DNA from: Candidatus Woesearchaeota archaeon
GTDB taxonomy: Archaea; Nanobdellota; Nanobdellia; SCGC-AAA011-G17; JAGVZY01
DNA length: 64,000 bases
Direction: 5' to 3'
Assembly: GCA_018302225.1 (NCBI GenBank)
Contig: JAGVZY010000012.1
Location: forward strand, 11,191-75,190
Below are positions 38,215 through 48,345 of this stretch, in pieces (within the stretch, counting starts at the first letter, position 1; every line of letters starts with the position of its first letter). Below the pieces are notes generated by a model. That model did no database searches, was not told the origin of the DNA, and saw only the letters and a program-made list of their open reading frames with translations. The position numbers were made by a program, and so were the translations under genes.

Positions 38215-39510
38215 ATGGACTTTAAAGGGCTTAAACAAGGTTATAAAATAAATGTTAAAACTAGCATAGAAGTTGTAGAAGGAATTTTGATAAATGACAA
38301 AAAAGATATTCTTGTTTTAAAATTAAATAATGGTTATAATATTGGAATTGAAAAATCAAATATAAGAGATATAAGGGTTGTTGAAAAATCTGAAATGGTT
38401 TCTAATCCTAATGGAAAAAAAATTGAATTAAATAAAAATCTTCCAAAGATTTTAATTTTACATACCGGTGGAACAATTGCATCAAGAGTAGATTATAAAA
38501 CTGGTGCAGTTCATGCTTCATTTGAACCTGAACAATTAATTGAAATGTTTCCAGAGTTACACGAAATTGCAAATATCGATTCTGTTTTTATTGGAAATAT
38601 TTGGTCTGATGATTTAAGATTTAAACACATAACTTTAATTGCAAAAGAAATTGAAAAAAATATTTCTAAAGGATATAAAGGAATAATAATAAGTATGGGA
38701 ACAGATAATTTAGCAGTTGGTGCTGCGGCATTATCCTTTGCCATTGAAAATTCAAATATTCCAATTATTTTTGTTGGTGCACAAAGATCATCAGATAGGG
38801 GAAGCAGTGATGCTGGAGTGAATTTAGTTTGTGCAGCAAGTTTTGTTTGTAATTCTAATTATAGAGGTGTTGCAATTTGTATGCATTCAAAATCTTCTGA
38901 TATAACTTGCGATATTTTTTCTGCTACTAAAACAAAAAAATTGCATACTTCAAGAAGAGATGCTTTCCAAAATATTAATACTGAATCAATTGCAATGGTA
39001 GATTATAAAACTGGAAAAGTGAGTATGAAGCAAGAAAACTATTCAAGTGGAGAAATGAAAATACTCCCAGAATTTGAGGACAAAGTTGCAATCTTAAAAA
39101 TTCATATAAATATGAACCTTGAACAATTTAAATTTTATAAAGGATACAAAGGATTGATAATTGAGGGGACAGGTTTAGGACAAATTCCATTTACTAAAAA
39201 TGATGGGGTTACTGAAGAACATGAAAAAATAAGACAGGCTTTAAAAGAAGTTATAGAGTCTGGAACTGTGGTTGTAATGACTTCTAATTGTATATTTGGA
39301 AGAGTTAATATGGATGTTTACAAACCTGCGAGAGAGTTACAAGAGCTAGGTGTAATTCCGGGTGAAGATATGTTAACTGAAACCGCCTTTGTTAAATTGG
39401 CTTGGTTATTGAAAAATCATCCTAATCAAGTTAAAGAATTAATAGGCAAAAATATTTGTGGTGAAATAAGTTCAAGAACAATGTATCAGAATATTTCTCA
39501 ATTTAATTAA
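38215..39510 (+). CDS. gatD: Glu-tRNA(Gln) amidotransferase subunit D
   Basis: KLNNGYNIG, TGGTIASRVDYKTG, GAQRSSDRGSSD, KLHTSRRDAF. Confidence 0.95.
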   Translation: MDFKGLKQGYKINVKTSIEVVEGILINDKKDILVLKLNNGYNIGIEKSNIRDIRVVEKSEMVSNPNGKKIELNKNLPKILILHTGGTIASRVDYKTGAVHASFEPEQLIEMFPELHEIANIDSVFIGNIWSDDLRFKHITLIAKEIEKNISKGYKGIIISMGTDNLAVGAAALSFAIENSNIPIIFVGAQRSSDRGSSDAGVNLVCAASFVCNSNYRGVAICMHSKSSDITCDIFSATKTKKLHTSRRDAFQNINTESIAMVDYKTGKVSMKQENYSSGEMKILPEFEDKVAILKIHINMNLEQFKFYKGYKGLIIEGTGLGQIPFTKNDGVTEEHEKIRQALKEVIESGTVVVMTSNCIFGRVNMDVYKPARELQELGVIPGEDMLTETAFVKLAWLLKNHPNQVKELIGKNICGEISSRTMYQNISQFN

Positions 39511-39511
39511 A

Positions 39512-40978
39512 ATGACTGAAAAAAATTTGGAAGAGGATTTAAAGTATTATAATGAACTCGGATTTAAAGCTGGATTAGAAATACATCAACAGTTAGAAAC
39601 ACATAAATTATTTTGTAAATGTCCTTCTTTAGTTAATGATCCTAACAAAGCAGATATCAAATTTGAAAGAAGGTTTAGATCTGTATTGAGTGAGAAAGGT
39701 GAGAAAGATATAGTTGCAGAGTTTGAGATGCAAAAAAATAAGGTAATTAGATATGAAGCTTGTTCAAGTTCTTCTTGTTTGGTAGAATATGATGAAGAGC
39801 CGCCACACTCTATTAATAAATATGCTTTAAATATTGCACTTGAAATTGCAACATTATTCAATGCAGAAATAGTTGATGAAATACAAATAATGAGAAAAGC
39901 AGTTGTTGATGGTTCAGTAACTTCTGGTTTTCAGAGAACAATGTTAATTGCAAAAAGAGGATATATAAAAACTTCTTTAGGAAATGTTCATATAGATACA
40001 GTTTGTTTAGAAGAAGAAGCAGCAAAAAAGCTTTCTGAAGATTCTAATTATATTACTTATAGATTAGATAGATTAGGTGTTCCATTAGTTGAGATTGCAA
40101 CTGCTCCAGAAATAAAAACTCCTGAGCATGCAAAAGAATGTGCTTCGATAATCGGAATGATTCTAAGATCTACAAATAAAGTAAAAAGAGGAATTGGAAC
40201 AATAAGACAAGATGTTAATCTTTCTATTAGGGGGCATCCAAGAATTGAAATTAAAGGTTTTCAAGAACTAAAAAGTATGCCTAAAGTTATTGAAAATGAG
40301 GTTAAAAGGCAGATTGAAGATATAAAGAATAAAACTTTAAAAGCCGAGGTTAGAAAAGCTAATGTCGATTTTACAACTACTTTTCAAAGACCTATGCCTG
40401 GTGCTGCAAGAATGTATCCCGAGACAGATCATGTACCTATTAAAATAAGTGAAGAGATGTTAGAAAATATAAGTAGACCTGAATTGATAACTGAGAAAAC
40501 AATAAGTTTAGAAAAGAAATATAAAATTTCATCTGTGTTGGCTGAAGAGATAATAAAAAATAAAATTAATTTTGAAGATTATGTTTCTAAATTAGAGAAT
40601 ATAGAACCCGAATTTATTGCAAGAGTATTAGTTGAATATCCTAAACAAATTAAAACCAAATATAATTTAGAAATAAAATATGATATTTATTCAATATTAG
40701 ATTTATATAATAATAGAAAGATTTCTAAAGAAGCGGTTTTGGAGATTATGGTTGAGTTAAACGCTACTGGAAGAAGATTAGATGAAATCTCTAAAAAATA
40801 TCTTAGTGTGGATGAAGAAGAAGTCAAAAAAGAAATTAAAAAAATTATTTTAGATTTAGAAAGTGAAGATAAAGAACCAAAAATGAATGAGGTTATGGGA
40901 AGATTGATGGAAAAGTATAGAGGAAAAATTGATGGAAAGAGAGCAGTAGAATTAATAAAAATAATTCTAAAATCTTAG
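39512..40978 (+). CDS. gatE: Glu-tRNA(Gln) amidotransferase subunit E (compact)
   Basis: GLEIHQQL, DEEPPH, DGS.TSGFQRT, GTIRQDVN, RPMPGAARMYPETD. Confidence 0.95.
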   Translation: MTEKNLEEDLKYYNELGFKAGLEIHQQLETHKLFCKCPSLVNDPNKADIKFERRFRSVLSEKGEKDIVAEFEMQKNKVIRYEACSSSSCLVEYDEEPPHSINKYALNIALEIATLFNAEIVDEIQIMRKAVVDGSVTSGFQRTMLIAKRGYIKTSLGNVHIDTVCLEEEAAKKLSEDSNYITYRLDRLGVPLVEIATAPEIKTPEHAKECASIIGMILRSTNKVKRGIGTIRQDVNLSIRGHPRIEIKGFQELKSMPKVIENEVKRQIEDIKNKTLKAEVRKANVDFTTTFQRPMPGAARMYPETDHVPIKISEEMLENISRPELITEKTISLEKKYKISSVLAEEIIKNKINFEDYVSKLENIEPEFIARVLVEYPKQIKTKYNLEIKYDIYSILDLYNNRKISKEAVLEIMVELNATGRRLDEISKKYLSVDEEEVKKEIKKIILDLESEDKEPKMNEVMGRLMEKYRGKIDGKRAVELIKIILKS

Positions 40979-40992
40979 TTTTAGAGGTAAAT

Positions 40993-41838
40993 TTGAAAAA
41001 AAAATTTAAAAGAATATTATATCTTATTACTTTTTTTGCGGTTTTAATAATTATAAGTAGAGCTGTAAATATTTATAGTATTAAATCTTGGGAAAAGCAA
41101 CAAAAATATGGCAAAGATGGGATTTTAGTTGGTGCAGAAAGTTATCATTTTGATAGAGGTGGTGATAATATAGTTATGTTACATTCTTTGGGTGGTTCTC
41201 CTGCAGAATTTAAAGATATAGTGATTTATTTGGCTGGAAAAAATTATAATGTTGATGCTTTACTTCTTCCAGGGCATGGAACTACACCTGAAGATTTGGC
41301 AAAAGTAGGTTATGAAGAATGGATTAGTGAAGTAGATCATCTTCTTAGTATGCTGGATAAAGATAAAACAATAATTTCTGGAACATCTACTGGAAGTATA
41401 TTAGCTTTATATTTTGCACAGAAGTATAATCTTAAAGGTGTGATTTTGTTAAATAGTCCATTAGAATTGCAGTCAGCCTATATTAAATTTATTTCTTTAA
41501 TTAAATTATTTACACCCTATAATGTTATTAATTCTGATGAATATTTAGAAATTAAAAAGGAAAGGGTAAGTTATAATGCTTTGCCTTATTCTAGTGTTGA
41601 GGAGTTGTTGGAATTAACAAGTGAGATTAAACTTCAAGAAATAGATGAGCCAATACTCATTTTGCAATCTCAGAAAGATGAACTTGTTAAAGTTGAGAGC
41701 GCAGAAGTTATATTTAATAATGTAAATTCTCAAAGAAAGTATGTTGTATATTTAAGTAATTCAACTCATGGAGTTTTGACAAGTGATGATAAAAAGCTTG
41801 CTGTTAAAGTTATGGAAGGTTTTCTTCAAGAGTTGTAA
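40993..41838 (+). CDS. Membrane-anchored alpha/beta hydrolase (carboxylesterase)
   Basis: N-terminal TM, LPGHGT, GTSTG nucleophile elbow, Asp and His near the C-terminus. Confidence 0.85.
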   Translation: MKKKFKRILYLITFFAVLIIISRAVNIYSIKSWEKQQKYGKDGILVGAESYHFDRGGDNIVMLHSLGGSPAEFKDIVIYLAGKNYNVDALLLPGHGTTPEDLAKVGYEEWISEVDHLLSMLDKDKTIISGTSTGSILALYFAQKYNLKGVILLNSPLELQSAYIKFISLIKLFTPYNVINSDEYLEIKKERVSYNALPYSSVEELLELTSEIKLQEIDEPILILQSQKDELVKVESAEVIFNNVNSQRKYVVYLSNSTHGVLTSDDKKLAVKVMEGFLQEL

Positions 41839-41912
41839 ACTTTAGATTTACAAGAATTGCAAATTTTGGATAAGTTATAAAGTTTTATAAATTAGGGATT
41901 AATTCTTTTTTT

Positions 41913-42494
41913 ATGTTAATATTTCCAGGAATTAAAGAAGTATATTGGTTGGAAGAGGATTCTAGTAGGTTTATGAAATGGGAAGAAATTAATTCTTCTT
42001 TATTAGGAGCAAATATTAAAGATGCTCTTAATTTTTCAAAAGTTTCTATTGTCATACAGGACAAAGATAGAATTATAAGAAATGAAGATTATTTTGAAGA
42101 AAATCTTATTTTTGAAAAGGGTAGAGTTGTTAAAAAAAATAATGTTGATGAAAGAAAAATCATTGAAAAATTTTATAGTATAATCGGTTATTTTTCTAAA
42201 AATTCAGGAATTAAATTTATAACTAAAGGAAATAAATTAGAAGAAGAATTAATTAAATCTATGTTAAATTCTAAAAATTCTCATTTTAGGTTTGAAAAAA
42301 TGAATCTTAATGAAAATCTTAATATTCTTTTAGAAATACCTGAAATAGTGGGAGTTGGAAAAAATTATTATTTTTATAGAATGGATATACCCATTGAGAC
42401 TTACTTATTTAGAAATGGTAAAATCTTTAATGATTTAGTAAAAAGTTATGAAAACTATAGCAAAATTAGTTTAGATAGGGCTAAATTTATATAA
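41913..42494 (+). CDS. Hypothetical protein
   Basis: 193-aa ATG ORF with a TATA box upstream; no clear motif. Confidence 0.6.
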   Translation: MLIFPGIKEVYWLEEDSSRFMKWEEINSSLLGANIKDALNFSKVSIVIQDKDRIIRNEDYFEENLIFEKGRVVKKNNVDERKIIEKFYSIIGYFSKNSGIKFITKGNKLEEELIKSMLNSKNSHFRFEKMNLNENLNILLEIPEIVGVGKNYYFYRMDIPIETYLFRNGKIFNDLVKSYENYSKISLDRAKFI

Positions 42495-42515
42495 GAGTTA
42501 TTCTTTTTTATAAAT

Positions 42516-42932
42516 ATGAATTATAAATCTATTAAACATCCCTTCAAGCATAAACTCTCTTTTGGGCAGAGAGCAGCAGATAGATTGACTGGTTTTGCAG
42601 GTAGTTGGTTTTTCATTTCTAGTTTATTAATTTTTATTGGTTTATGGATTTTAACAAATGTTCTTCTTTTGCGAATAAATTCTTCTTGGGATTCATATCC
42701 TTTTATTTTATTAAACCTTGGTTTATCTTGTTTAGCAGCATTACAGGCCCCAATAATTTTGATGAGTCAAAATAGGGGAGCACAAAGAGATAGATTAAGG
42801 GCTGAATATGATTATAAAGTGAATGTTAAGGCTGAGAAAGAAATCGAAGATATGCAAAAGGACTTAGAAGAAATTAAAATCTTAATAAGAACTAATAAAA
42901 AATTAATTAAAAAAAGAGGTGTTAAAAAATGA
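42516..42932 (+). CDS. DUF1003 membrane protein
   Basis: GQRAAD..FAGSW, YPFILLNL.LS..AALQAPIILMSQNR. Confidence 0.9.
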   Translation: MNYKSIKHPFKHKLSFGQRAADRLTGFAGSWFFISSLLIFIGLWILTNVLLLRINSSWDSYPFILLNLGLSCLAALQAPIILMSQNRGAQRDRLRAEYDYKVNVKAEKEIEDMQKDLEEIKILIRTNKKLIKKRGVKK

Positions 42933-43120
42933 GTTTTAAATGGATTGCAAAAAGAGTTAGAAAATTGAAATGGTATGATATATCGTTAATAAAAATTGCA
43001 TCTGCTGCATTTATATTAATGGTTGCAAAATTATGGGCACCAATTTTAAGTTTAAATTGGTATTTGTATTTAATTATTGCAGTGATTGTAGCTATACCTG
43101 TTTGGATAGATATGTCTTAA
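42929..43120 (+). CDS. Small two-TM membrane protein
   Basis: 63 aa, ATGA overlap, WYDISLIK. Confidence 0.7.
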   Translation: MSFKWIAKRVRKLKWYDISLIKIASAAFILMVAKLWAPILSLNWYLYLIIAVIVAIPVWIDMS

Positions 43121-43392
43121 TTAAAGAATGAAGTAGATTATTATTCTTAATTGGTTATAATCTATAAACTAGATAGGTTTTGCTTTTTTCTTATGCTTAT
43201 AAGATAAAGGCTATTTATTATATTCTTATTTTCTTTCAGATTCAAGAGCATTTTTATAATGCCCCTTTACATTTTGTATTAAGATTTCTTTGAGTTCTAT
43301 TATGGAATATAACAAAGGGGCAGTATTTGAGCTTTTTTGTCATATTTTATAATTAATATCTTTTATTCTTGTTTATTGGTTATATTATGTAA

Positions 43393-44112
43393 CTAATTTA
43401 AATAAATTGTTTTATCTTTAATATTTGCCCAGTAGAAGGCTTTTTTTCTTAGTATGCAGGCTTCACATTTCCCGCAGTGGCCATTTTTATTACTAATATA
43501 ACAACTAAATGTCTTTTCAAGGGGAACCTTTAGTTTTGTTCCAATTTCTACAATTTTATCTTTGTCATAATTTATTAAGGGGGCAATTATTTTATAATTT
43601 TCTTTTAAAGTTGCGTGTTTAACCATTTTGTTCATTAAGCTTAAAAATTCTGGAGTTGCGTCTTTCATTGGAATTTGTCCTTCTGATTTAAAACCTGTGT
43701 AAATATTATAATGAATATTCTTTTTTATTTGTTCAGATTCTGCAAGCGCAAGTGCTGAACTTATGAATATTAAATTTCTTGCAGGGACCCACCAATTTTC
43801 TAATTCTTGTTTTGTCTTTTTTATATTTCCTAGGTCTTTTTCTGTGTAGTTTGAGGTTTTTTTAATATCTTTGTTTATTATAGAAGTATTAAACTCTTTT
43901 AACCAGGAAATATTTATTTTTTTAAAAGTTCCATTGATTAGCTTGCAGATTATTCTTGATGAGGACTCTTCTTGTTTTAAAGTTCTTTGTCCATAATCAA
44001 AGAAAAGGCAGATTATATTTTTTGGTTTAAATTTGTCTTTTACATAAAAAGCAGTTACAGAACTATCTAAACCTCCTGAAAGCAAAATGATTGCATTTGG
44101 TATATTTGACAT
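43393..44112 (-). CDS. queC: 7-cyano-7-deazaguanine synthase
   Basis: LSGGLDS, FDYGQ, VPARNLIF, TFSCY...HCGKCEAC..R. Confidence 0.93.
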   Translation of the reverse strand: MSNIPNAIILLSGGLDSSVTAFYVKDKFKPKNIICLFFDYGQRTLKQEESSSRIICKLINGTFKKINISWLKEFNTSIINKDIKKTSNYTEKDLGNIKKTKQELENWWVPARNLIFISSALALAESEQIKKNIHYNIYTGFKSEGQIPMKDATPEFLSLMNKMVKHATLKENYKIIAPLINYDKDKIVEIGTKLKVPLEKTFSCYISNKNGHCGKCEACILRKKAFYWANIKDKTIYLN

Positions 44113-44164
44113 ATTTAAAAGATATTGAGAAATATTTATAAAGTTATATCTAAGATTTAGGCTA

Positions 44165-44362
44165 ATGGTTAGGAAAGAGGCTGGAAAGCTTAAAGTTGGT
44201 GAAAAGATAAAAATGCCTGAAGGGGTTTTAGTCGTTAGTAAGATTGAACTATCTAGTATAGGTAAACATGGCGTAGTTAAGTGCAGAATAGAAGCTTTGT
44301 CTGAAAGTAAAGAATTGAAAGTTTTGATAAGACCTTCAAATTATCCTGTTGAGGTTTTGTAG
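44165..44362 (+). CDS. Truncated aIF5A/eIF5A homolog (N-terminal domain only)
   Basis: AGKLKVG...IELSSIGKHGVVKCRIEA...RPSNYPVEV matches the IF5A hypusine domain; 65 aa. Confidence 0.75.
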   Translation: MVRKEAGKLKVGEKIKMPEGVLVVSKIELSSIGKHGVVKCRIEALSESKELKVLIRPSNYPVEVL

Positions 44363-44375
44363 TTAAAGGTGAAGT

Positions 44376-45308
44376 ATGCATACAATAATTATTGTTTCTT
44401 ATAAAGAGCCAAAGTCTATGGTTAAATCAGTTGAATTTGTATTAAAACAAGTTGATTTGAAAAATTTTAAAGTTATTGTTTCTGATCCAGATTTTAAAAT
44501 TGAAGAGTTATTAAAGAAAAAGTTTAAAGGTAAAGTTGAATTTTTTTTAGATCCTGGTGAAGGTAAATCTTATGCTTTGAATTTATTAATTGAGCAATAT
44601 TATTCTAAAGATAAAAATGATATAATAATAACTACAGATGGTGACGTGTTTTTGAATAATGGTTCTGTCGATGCTATTGTTAGTATGTTTAAAGATGAGA
44701 AAATTGGAATTGCTTGTGGACATCCAGTTCCTTTGAATGATAAAAAAAGTTGTTTTGGATTTTTAGCACATTATTTGTTTACAGAAATGAATTATAATAG
44801 AAAGAAATTATTTAAATCTGGAAAATTCTTTGAAACTTCAGGATATTTACTTGCATTTAGAAATGGAGTTATTTCTGATTTTCCTTTAGAAGCATGTGAA
44901 GATGCTATTCTACCTATGATTTTTTGGAAAAAAGGATATAAAATCGGTTATTCTGAAAAGGCCAATGTAAATGTTCTTTGTCCTCAAAATTTAAAAGATT
45001 ATTTAATTCAAAGGAAGAGAAATATTAAAGGTCACATGAATATTCATTGTTTAGAGATTTCTAAGGATTTTAAAAAAGGAACTACATTTGTTTCTGAGGT
45101 TTTTAGGGGGGTGAGATGGTTTTTTGTTTATTTGTTTAAGTATGCAAATAGTTTTAGAACTATAATCTTAATTCCTTTTCCATATATATTAAGATTGTAT
45201 GTTTGGTTCTTGGCTGTTTATGAGTCTAAATTCAAAAAACAGAAATATAAAGATGGTTGGAGAGAGGAAGAAACTCCTAGTACAAGTCTGTTAGATGGTA
45301 AAAACTAA
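44376..45308 (+). CDS. Glycosyltransferase family 2
   Basis: GKSYALN, TDGD, ED, QRKR motifs. Confidence 0.85.
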   Translation: MHTIIIVSYKEPKSMVKSVEFVLKQVDLKNFKVIVSDPDFKIEELLKKKFKGKVEFFLDPGEGKSYALNLLIEQYYSKDKNDIIITTDGDVFLNNGSVDAIVSMFKDEKIGIACGHPVPLNDKKSCFGFLAHYLFTEMNYNRKKLFKSGKFFETSGYLLAFRNGVISDFPLEACEDAILPMIFWKKGYKIGYSEKANVNVLCPQNLKDYLIQRKRNIKGHMNIHCLEISKDFKKGTTFVSEVFRGVRWFFVYLFKYANSFRTIILIPFPYILRLYVWFLAVYESKFKKQKYKDGWREEETPSTSLLDGKN

Positions 45309-45383
45309 CAAAAAGTATATATATGTAGTATTATTCTCTTATCATTAATTAATATTTATATTAAAAATGAAGGGGTGTTTTAA

Positions 45384-47891
45384 GTGAATAATAATAAAAA
45401 TGTGAAGATTTTCTTGAGTTTAGTTTGTGTTTTTGTGTTAACAATTATGTTTAGTGTTAGTGTTAGGGGTGTAACTTATAAAACAGGCGAGGCTTATATT
45501 GGGGAAGATGCAAATAATCCTAATTGGGTTTGGGATATTAAATCTTCTTCTTCTAAAAATAGTGATACTTCTATAAGTATTAAAAATGATTTTGTTTGGG
45601 ATGATAGTGAAGACAATCCTCTTGGTGTGGGCGAATGTTTAAATCTTCCAAATAATTACCTTTCTATTTGTTTTGAAAGTTTAGAGCCTAAAAGTGATGA
45701 TTATAATACTTATACTTTCGAATACACAAATTCCGCAGACTTAGATAATGCAATTGGAGTTACTTCTGCAGAAGCTATAGAAATTTCTACTACAGATTCA
45801 ACAGGTTTAACCATATTGGGAAAGAATATTATAAAAAATGGAGAACAGCCAGATTATATTACTACAAATAAAATTTGGTTATCCACGTACAATAAAATTG
45901 GAAAGGTTGATATTGCAGAATTATATATTTATTATAAAGATATTGATGATGAAAAAGTATATCTTGCTGGAGCTGTTAAAGGGGATCGGGATCAATACCC
46001 TATATTAATTAATTCTTCGATTATTTTAGCTGTAGAAAATTATAATAATATTATTTACTTAAAAATAATTATGCTGGCTTCTCAAGATTATAGTGATGAA
46101 TTTTATAATAGTATAAATCTTTATCCAACTTATAACTTAACTATGAACTGGGTAACAGTAAATAATGTGATATCTCGTTTAGGTAACTATGTTGATTTAG
46201 CTGAAGCAGACGAATTAACCTATACTGGTGGACAAAATGGTTTAGTAAATTTAGGTACAAAAGATGAAGACCATAGAGAGGAATATGGTATTATTATTAA
46301 AAATCCAAAAGCATATGGGGATTCTGATAAGGTTGTGTTAAGTATACCTTCTTACAGAGTTAGGGGTACCTTAGTAGTTAAAAAAGACTCTCAAATTATT
46401 AAAGGGCTTCCTAAAAGAATAGGTCAAAATTTCTTGTCGTATGAACTGCCCGAATATAAAATTTTTGTAAACGAATTAGAGAATTTGCACTTTGATACAA
46501 TGTTTACGTCAAAATATTTAAAATTAGCAACTTCTTTAACTAGCGCAGATGACGATTATGGTTCAGATGTATTTTTAGAAGTAAGTAAATCCGTAATTTA
46601 TTATACTAAAAATATTACTTTTGATGAAACTGATTCTATAAATTCAGGGAAACCCTTGACAATTAGTTTCTTAGGAAAAGATTTAACAATTACTCAAATA
46701 ACTGAAGATTCTATAAATGTGGGTAGATTAGCTATTTGTGGAAACGGAATTGTTGAATCTAGTGAACAATGCGAAAATATTTCAACAAATTATTTTTATA
46801 GTAAAGAGATAATAAGCTCAACTAAAAATAAATGTGCTTATTGGTTTACAGAACCTTGGAATAAAGGTTTTACAGGATGCACCTCTGAATGCAAATTAGA
46901 TTTGACAGTTTGTGATAAGCCAGTTTACGGAGATGGTTTGATAAATAGAAATGAACAATGTGATAAATCTTTTGATGGGAAAGTGATTTATTCAGATGAA
47001 ATAATACGGACTACAAAAAATAAATGTGCTTATTGGTTTACAGAACCTTGGAATAAGGGGTTGGTTGCGTGTGCAAATGGAAAAATAGATTTGACAGTTT
47101 GTGATAAGCCAGTTTACGGAGATGGTTTGATAAATAGAAATGAACAATGTGATTATTTAAATAATAGTATAATTTATGCAGATAGTTTAAAGATAAGGAA
47201 CTGCGCAGATGTAGGATATACTTTTGATAGGGCTATGGAATTAAAACTTCCCTGTATTATTCCTGGAAAAATAAATACTACTCTATGTGAAGGAGAACAT
47301 AGGCAAGCTTGGTTAATTCAATTACCTCAGTTGAGTATTATGCAAAAATTTGCAATGGCAGTTACTAATGTAGTTACCTCTGTTGTAGGTGGTGTACAAG
47401 GGGTATTTACAGATGATGAATCAAAAGATCTAATAAATTCAGAAGTTGGAACTGATGCAGGTACAGGAACTTCAATATCTGGAACTCAAACATCAACAAC
47501 TAGTCAAGTTTCAACAACTTTAAGAGAAGGTGCTCAGAGACTTACAGTTGGGAAAGAGATTTTATTGTATGATAATAAACATAAAGTTAAATTAGCTGGG
47601 ATGAGTAATGATACTGCAGATTTAGAAGTTATTAGAATAATAGATAATTCAATAAGGAATAATCTTCCAACTGTAAAAAAGGCAGGAGATAAAGCAACTG
47701 CACAAGATGTTGTTGATGGAAAGATTATTAATTTAGCCTGTGTTGAGATAACGGGTATTAGTACAAGTGCTCAAACTGTAGATGTAATTGCAACATCTGG
47801 AGCTTGTGCAAGTAATCTCGCAACTGGTGCAGTAACTTCTGATTTTAAAGTAACTAAGAAGATTGTTGATAAAGTGGGCTTAAAGTTTTAA
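45384..47891 (+). CDS. Secreted surface protein: S-layer-like region plus Cys-rich repeats
   Basis: Signal peptide, acidic beta-rich region, CGNGIVESSEQC/YGDGLINRNEQCD repeats, Thr/Ser linker. Confidence 0.75.
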   Translation: MNNNKNVKIFLSLVCVFVLTIMFSVSVRGVTYKTGEAYIGEDANNPNWVWDIKSSSSKNSDTSISIKNDFVWDDSEDNPLGVGECLNLPNNYLSICFESLEPKSDDYNTYTFEYTNSADLDNAIGVTSAEAIEISTTDSTGLTILGKNIIKNGEQPDYITTNKIWLSTYNKIGKVDIAELYIYYKDIDDEKVYLAGAVKGDRDQYPILINSSIILAVENYNNIIYLKIIMLASQDYSDEFYNSINLYPTYNLTMNWVTVNNVISRLGNYVDLAEADELTYTGGQNGLVNLGTKDEDHREEYGIIIKNPKAYGDSDKVVLSIPSYRVRGTLVVKKDSQIIKGLPKRIGQNFLSYELPEYKIFVNELENLHFDTMFTSKYLKLATSLTSADDDYGSDVFLEVSKSVIYYTKNITFDETDSINSGKPLTISFLGKDLTITQITEDSINVGRLAICGNGIVESSEQCENISTNYFYSKEIISSTKNKCAYWFTEPWNKGFTGCTSECKLDLTVCDKPVYGDGLINRNEQCDKSFDGKVIYSDEIIRTTKNKCAYWFTEPWNKGLVACANGKIDLTVCDKPVYGDGLINRNEQCDYLNNSIIYADSLKIRNCADVGYTFDRAMELKLPCIIPGKINTTLCEGEHRQAWLIQLPQLSIMQKFAMAVTNVVTSVVGGVQGVFTDDESKDLINSEVGTDAGTGTSISGTQTSTTSQVSTTLREGAQRLTVGKEILLYDNKHKVKLAGMSNDTADLEVIRIIDNSIRNNLPTVKKAGDKATAQDVVDGKIINLACVEITGISTSAQTVDVIATSGACASNLATGAVTSDFKVTKKIVDKVGLKF
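46824..47153 (+). repeat. Intragenic tandem duplication (~190-nt unit)
   Basis: Identical 41-nt blocks at 46824-46864 and 47016-47056; identical 68-nt blocks at 46897-46964 and 47086-47153. Confidence 0.9.
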
Positions 47892-48293
47892 GCCTTTTTT
47901 TCTTTTTATTATTTCTTTTTGTAATTTTTCTAAAGAATCAAACATAATTACAGAATTAAAAACCATTGTGCACATTCTATCATAGGTATTTATACTTTTT
48001 AAATCTTCAACTAATGCAATTACGGGAATGTTTTTTGCATAAGCATACCCTATTTCCCACGCTGTTCCAGAACCAACACTTTTCCAATCTAAAACTGCAA
48101 TTATTAAATTGCAATTATCTATTTCTTTACTATCTTTTTCAAAGAATTTTTTCGAACTACCTTTTTCATAAATTCCAACATCTCTGTGAGGTAAGAAAGT
48201 TTTGATATTCTTTTCTTTACAAAAAAAGGCTATTTTTTCAAGTATAATTCTATCTTCAGGTTTCCACAATGGACCGGCAATATAAACTTTCAT
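47880..48293 (-). CDS. Nucleoside 2-deoxyribosyltransferase family protein
   Basis: VYIAGP, TFLPHRD, FEKD, GTAWEIGYAYA. Confidence 0.88.
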   Translation of the reverse strand: MKVYIAGPLWKPEDRIILEKIAFFCKEKNIKTFLPHRDVGIYEKGSSKKFFEKDSKEIDNCNLIIAVLDWKSVGSGTAWEIGYAYAKNIPVIALVEDLKSINTYDRMCTMVFNSVIMFDSLEKLQKEIIKRKKGLKL

Positions 48294-48345
48294 AGGCTTA
48301 AAATAGAGGTTAAATTTAAATACCTTGCTTTATAAATTAGACCTT

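Noticed and set aside
46824-47153. CRISPR array or DGR template/variable repeat
   Set aside because: Only two in-frame coding copies; differences are not adenine-specific; no cas or reverse transcriptase gene in the window.
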